Program-made: the position numbers and the translations under genes
In this document: positions 59,973 through 64,000 of the stretch, piece by piece
How the letters are laid out: the number at the start of each line of letters is the position of its first letter
Numbering within the stretch: position 1 is the stretch's first letter
The notes under the pieces: model-generated
What the model was told of the DNA's origin: nothing
Seen by the model: only the letters and a program-made list of their open reading frames with translations
Database searches by the model: none
Source: Candidatus Bathyarchaeota archaeon
GTDB taxonomy: Archaea; Thermoproteota; Bathyarchaeia; Bathyarchaeales; Bathyarchaeaceae
Direction of reading: 5' to 3'
Assembly: GCA_963697165.1 (NCBI GenBank)
Contig: CAVOMX010000009.1
Location: 1 to 64,000, forward strand
DNA: 64,000 bases

Positions 59973-62478
59973 ATGAGTAGTGACATATCAATTGAAGCTT
60001 TTATTCAACATCTTGAAGAATTAAAAAAATTAACCGAATTTGAGAGATTTCGCAAATTTCTAAGGCTATTTTTAATTGGATTCTTCATAGGTAGAGAAAA
60101 CAAAAAAAGAATAAAAGTATTAGCCTTAGAACTAAATAATATACTCCAACAAAAAAGTTGTGATTTGGAAAAACATGTATCAAATTCTTTAGGTATGAGC
60201 ACATATCTAATTTCATCAGAAAAAAAAGGATTGTTAGATTCAATAGGCGTTTTAATAAATGGGCTTAAACAATTTTCAAACTCTAAAGTTCCGAATGTCG
60301 AATATATTAAAGAAATTGAGGAAAAGCTGACAACACTAAAAGAGTCAGTACTTGACTACAATAGCTCCTTCATTAGGCAAAGAAAAAGGGATTACCGTTA
60401 TCTCTGGAGTAATGGGGAGTTTACTCTTGATGAGGAACAAATTACATCAATTGTAACTGACGATAAACATAATTTGGTGGTAGCTGCTGCAGGTTCAGGC
60501 AAAACAGAGTGGTACCAAATCACAAGAATTGCATACATAGTAAAAAGACAACCTGACTTTAGTCCACAAGAAAGAATTTTGGCAATTGCTTATCAAAACA
60601 AAGCTAGTGGTGAAATTGGAAGAAGACTAAAAGATAGATATGAAATTACGAACGTTAATGTAAGTACCTTTCACAAGTTAGGTAAAGGTATTTTAGAAGA
60701 AGCAAGAAGCAAATATCGCCACTCTGATATAATTGATAATAATAAAAAACGAAGAACCATAGATAACCTTTTTAGACAAAAAATTGAAACTAACCAAAAA
60801 TACTACAATTTGTTTCTAAGTTATGTTAAAACTCTCCATGATAAAGAAAAAAAGGAAACTGGAGAGGCAAACGGTATTTCTCTAGAATACGCTATAAAAC
60901 AAGCCTATGTATCCATAGATAGAACCCAGGTAAATAGCAGAGCTGAAAAAGAGATTATAGACTTCTTTCTGATTCACAAGCTCAATGGAAAAAAAATCAT
61001 AGTAGAATATGAACCTGATGTGGGTGGATTTAGACCTGATTTTTACTTGCCACAATATGATTTATACATTGAACATTGGGCTTTAAATAAAAATGGAGAA
61101 GTACCAGAATGGTTCAATCAATCCTCTGATGAATATAAGAAATCAATGGATATGAAAAGGACATGGTTTAAAGCTCACAATAAATTATTTGTGGAAACCT
61201 TTACACACGAGTATAAGAAGAATAAGTCTGACAATTTTATTGAATTATTGAAGAAAAGAGTCATAGATGCACTAGAAACTAGAAGCAATCAAGATTTTGA
61301 ATTTAGTCTTAAAAGTTATGATGAAATTGTTGAAATTGCCTGGAACTCTTATCTGTACTCCAGTAGATGATTTAATTAACTTCATAACATCTGCAAAAAC
61401 CTATGGTTTGTCTCCAATAAACGTAAAGGGAAGACTAGAGAAGAGAAAATGGAGTGCTAAACAGATAGCTTTTGGGAATCTTGTTTTGCCAATATTTACA
61501 GAATATGAAGAGTTATTGCACTTGGAAGATAAAATCGATTTTGAGGATATGATAAATAAAGCAACAGCTGAATTAGAGAACAATCAGAACTTGCGTGCTA
61601 ATGTGTATGACCATATTCTAATTGATGAATATCAAGATATTAGTGCGCAAAGATACAACCTAATCAAAGTCATGATGGAAAGAAATCCTAATTGTAAACT
61701 ATTTTGTGTTGGAGATGACTGGCAAAGTATCATGGGTTTTTCAGGCTCTAACATAAATTATTTTGTAAGGTTTGCAGAATATTTTGAAGACCCAGCAATA
61801 ACCATAATCTCAACTAACTATCGAAGTAACCGTACAATTGTTGATGCAGGTGCAGATTTGATAAAGGACAATACAAGTTGTCAGGTACAAAAACCAACTA
61901 AAGCAAATAACAGTCAAACTAAATCAATTAAAGTGCTTAGGTCTCCTCACAAGAAAGATTATGAATATAAATATCACCAGCAAATTGCTGAGGACTGTAT
62001 AAATCGCATAGTTGAATATCTTGAAAATGGTTATGCACCAACAGATATACTTGTGCTCACAAGATGCATGCGAACTAGGACCCGATTTGGATACAGATAC
62101 CTACCAACAATTCAGATAATCAAAGAATTGGCAGAAGTAAACAATTTAGATGTAATTCACCAAAATTGGGAGAGTCCAAGAGGCATTAGATTACTTACTG
62201 CACATAGCAGCAAGGGTTTAGAAGCAAAAGTAGTTTTTATTATTAATGGTACCAAGGATATTTTTGGTTTCCCATGTGAAATAGAAGATTCTAATATTTA
62301 TGAGCTAGCAAGAACAAACTATCCGCCTCAAGATAATCTAGAGGAAGAACGAAGGCTATTCTATGTAGCAATGACTCGTGCAAAGGATGAACTTTATATT
62401 TACACTTGGGAACCAGCAATGAGTAATTTTCTAACTGAAATTGAAGAGCATACTAAAGAAATCCGACTAAATTACTGA
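59973..62478 (+). CDS. UvrD/helicase IV-like SF1 helicase with inserted PD-(D/E)XK nuclease-like domain (one indel)
   Basis: AAAGSGKT, ILIDEYQD, VGDDWQSI, NYRS, TAHSSKGLE, EERRLFYVAMTRAK; RPDFYL..YIEHW. Confidence 0.88.
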
Positions 62479-62773
62479 ATAATTATACCCGTGCAAAACC
62501 TTTTACGCCTCCAAATTAGATGGTTTTTTGTTAAATAGATAAACCCAAGTTTATATTCATCCTTTTTCAGTATCGCTTCTGAAGATAAAATTTCATCTAT
62601 TTTCTGCTTTACTTTGTCTTCTTGATTTATTCCGAATAAAGGACCCAAAACATTTCCCTTCTGTTCTTAAGACCAATTTAGCTATAACATTTCTCCTAAT
62701 TGATTGTTAGAGCGTGAATTTTCCGAAAAAAGTTAAAGCAACTTAACCGAAAAAAGGAACATGAGAGATAATC

Positions 62774-63373
62774 TTGACTTCTAATGATTTGGTCAGATAC
62801 AAAATATTGGAAATACTTTTCAACAAAGCCTCGTTGAGAGGAACAGACTGGAATGTTAAACGTAAGGAAATGATAGAATCATTACCATTTGAGGAGAAGC
62901 AAATTGACTTCAACTTTTTTTATCTTTTCGACAAAGGTCTAGCTAAAATGTTCAAACACACATCTAAAAACTGGGAAACCGCAACAATCACAAGCAAAGG
63001 CATAGACGTTATCGAGCATAAACAGAATTTTGTTGAAGAATTACCCTTTATTCAGGTTGCGATTCAAGAAATCAATGCACCTATATACGGTAATGCGATT
63101 CAAGCTGTCAATTCCACAATTACCTTTAATCAACAAGTGACGGATGCCTTCAAACAAACCTATCAAACACTTGAAACTAAGAAAGATTTGACACCCGAAC
63201 AGAAAACAGAGATAAAGAAAAACTTGATTATTCTAGAAGAGGAACTAAAAAGCAAAGACAAAGACGCGGGTAAAATCCAAAAGTTGTGGAAAAGAATCAA
63301 GAAAAATGCTAGTTGGATAGCTCCAATACTTGTTAATATTGTCCTAAAAGGATTGGAGATTTCAATAGAATAA
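62774..63373 (+). CDS. Hypothetical protein with N-terminal wHTH-like domain
   Basis: YLFDKGL..ITSKGIDVIE. Confidence 0.65.
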   Translation: MTSNDLVRYKILEILFNKASLRGTDWNVKRKEMIESLPFEEKQIDFNFFYLFDKGLAKMFKHTSKNWETATITSKGIDVIEHKQNFVEELPFIQVAIQEINAPIYGNAIQAVNSTITFNQQVTDAFKQTYQTLETKKDLTPEQKTEIKKNLIILEEELKSKDKDAGKIQKLWKRIKKNASWIAPILVNIVLKGLEISIE

Positions 63374-63390
63374 TCATGCAAACAGTAAAA

Positions 63391-63456
63391 TCTTCGTGAA
63401 ATGCTTCCAGAAACTTTATTTTCCTACGAGCAGTTCAAGGGACAATTTAAATAGAA
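63391..63456 (+). repeat. 66-bp direct repeat, right copy
   Basis: 59/66 identical to 59427-59492. Confidence 0.9.
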
Positions 63457-63720
63457 ATAGCAAGAAACAAAAAGAACCATAAGCAGAAAAAATGATGAAG
63501 TTGGAAACCAAACGTTGATAATTACAGAAACAAATCACATTCAAAGACTTCCTAACAGAACAGATTTGATGAACATAGAACCTACGTTTTTGATGATGTT
63601 TATTCTATAAAATTATTAATATTCACCACAAATGTTATCTAAAGGTATATTTGATAACGTAATCGGGGGAGAGATTACTTTCTGTAATTTTCCTTTCAAA
63701 AAAGATAGAATGGAGGTGAA

Positions 63721-64000
63721 GTGAATTTGAAGTCTCGTTCTGTGAATATTGCTTGGAAAATACTGATGATTCCTAACCTTGTTTTTGTAGTCTTTGGTCT
63801 TGCATTTGTGTTAATTCCAGATGCCATTTTGGGTAGTGGCTTTGAATTGTATACTGGTCAAACTTGGAGCAATCTTGTTTCCACAAGTCCTGAAATCACT
63901 GATTTCATTTTGTTAACTGCAGGCAGAATGTTTGGTGTTCATATTCTTGTTCTCACAACTCTAGCCATCGCTATAACCCTTAAAGGTTTTAGAAATGGAG
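63721..64000 (+). CDS. Membrane protein, truncated by window end
   Basis: GGAGGTGA RBS, GTG start, open hydrophobic frame to the end of the window. Confidence 0.65.
   Translation, partial: MNLKSRSVNIAWKILMIPNLVFVVFGLAFVLIPDAILGSGFELYTGQTWSNLVSTSPEITDFILLTAGRMFGVHILVLTTLAIAITLKGFRNG

Overview
This is an archaeal chromosomal window. Evidence for that is a class I LysRS, a 23S rRNA with a canonical bulge-helix-bulge processing stem and an archaeal RNase P RNA; the gene content suggests Bathyarchaeia, which is inference. About 2103-35635 is a ~33.5 kb integrated element bounded by tRNA-Gly(CCC) and a degenerate 25-bp copy of that tRNA's 3' end. It encodes an almost complete head-tail virion module (portal, protease, encapsulin-like HK97 capsid, neck, tail tube, G/GT chaperone frameshift, short tape measure, terminase) plus an ABC-ATPase/GNAT gene. 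It has no recognisable integrase or replication enzyme. It also carries a duplicated variable cargo slot and a ~12 kb AT-rich defence-like island punctuated by a recurring GGGTTAAAWTTTARCCC palindrome. The rest is host DNA: lysS, SPFH, radical SAM genes, a stand-alone 23S rRNA and rnpB. This is followed by an accessory region with three degenerate copies of the rnpB 3' end and a second dispersed repeat family (TCTTCGTGAAAWGCTTCCAGAAACT...) that delimits gene blocks. Many genes, including metabolic host genes, are split by single-base indels. These are most likely sequencing or assembly errors, so coordinates of split genes are approximate. All protein calls are from motif recognition by eye; no database searches were run.
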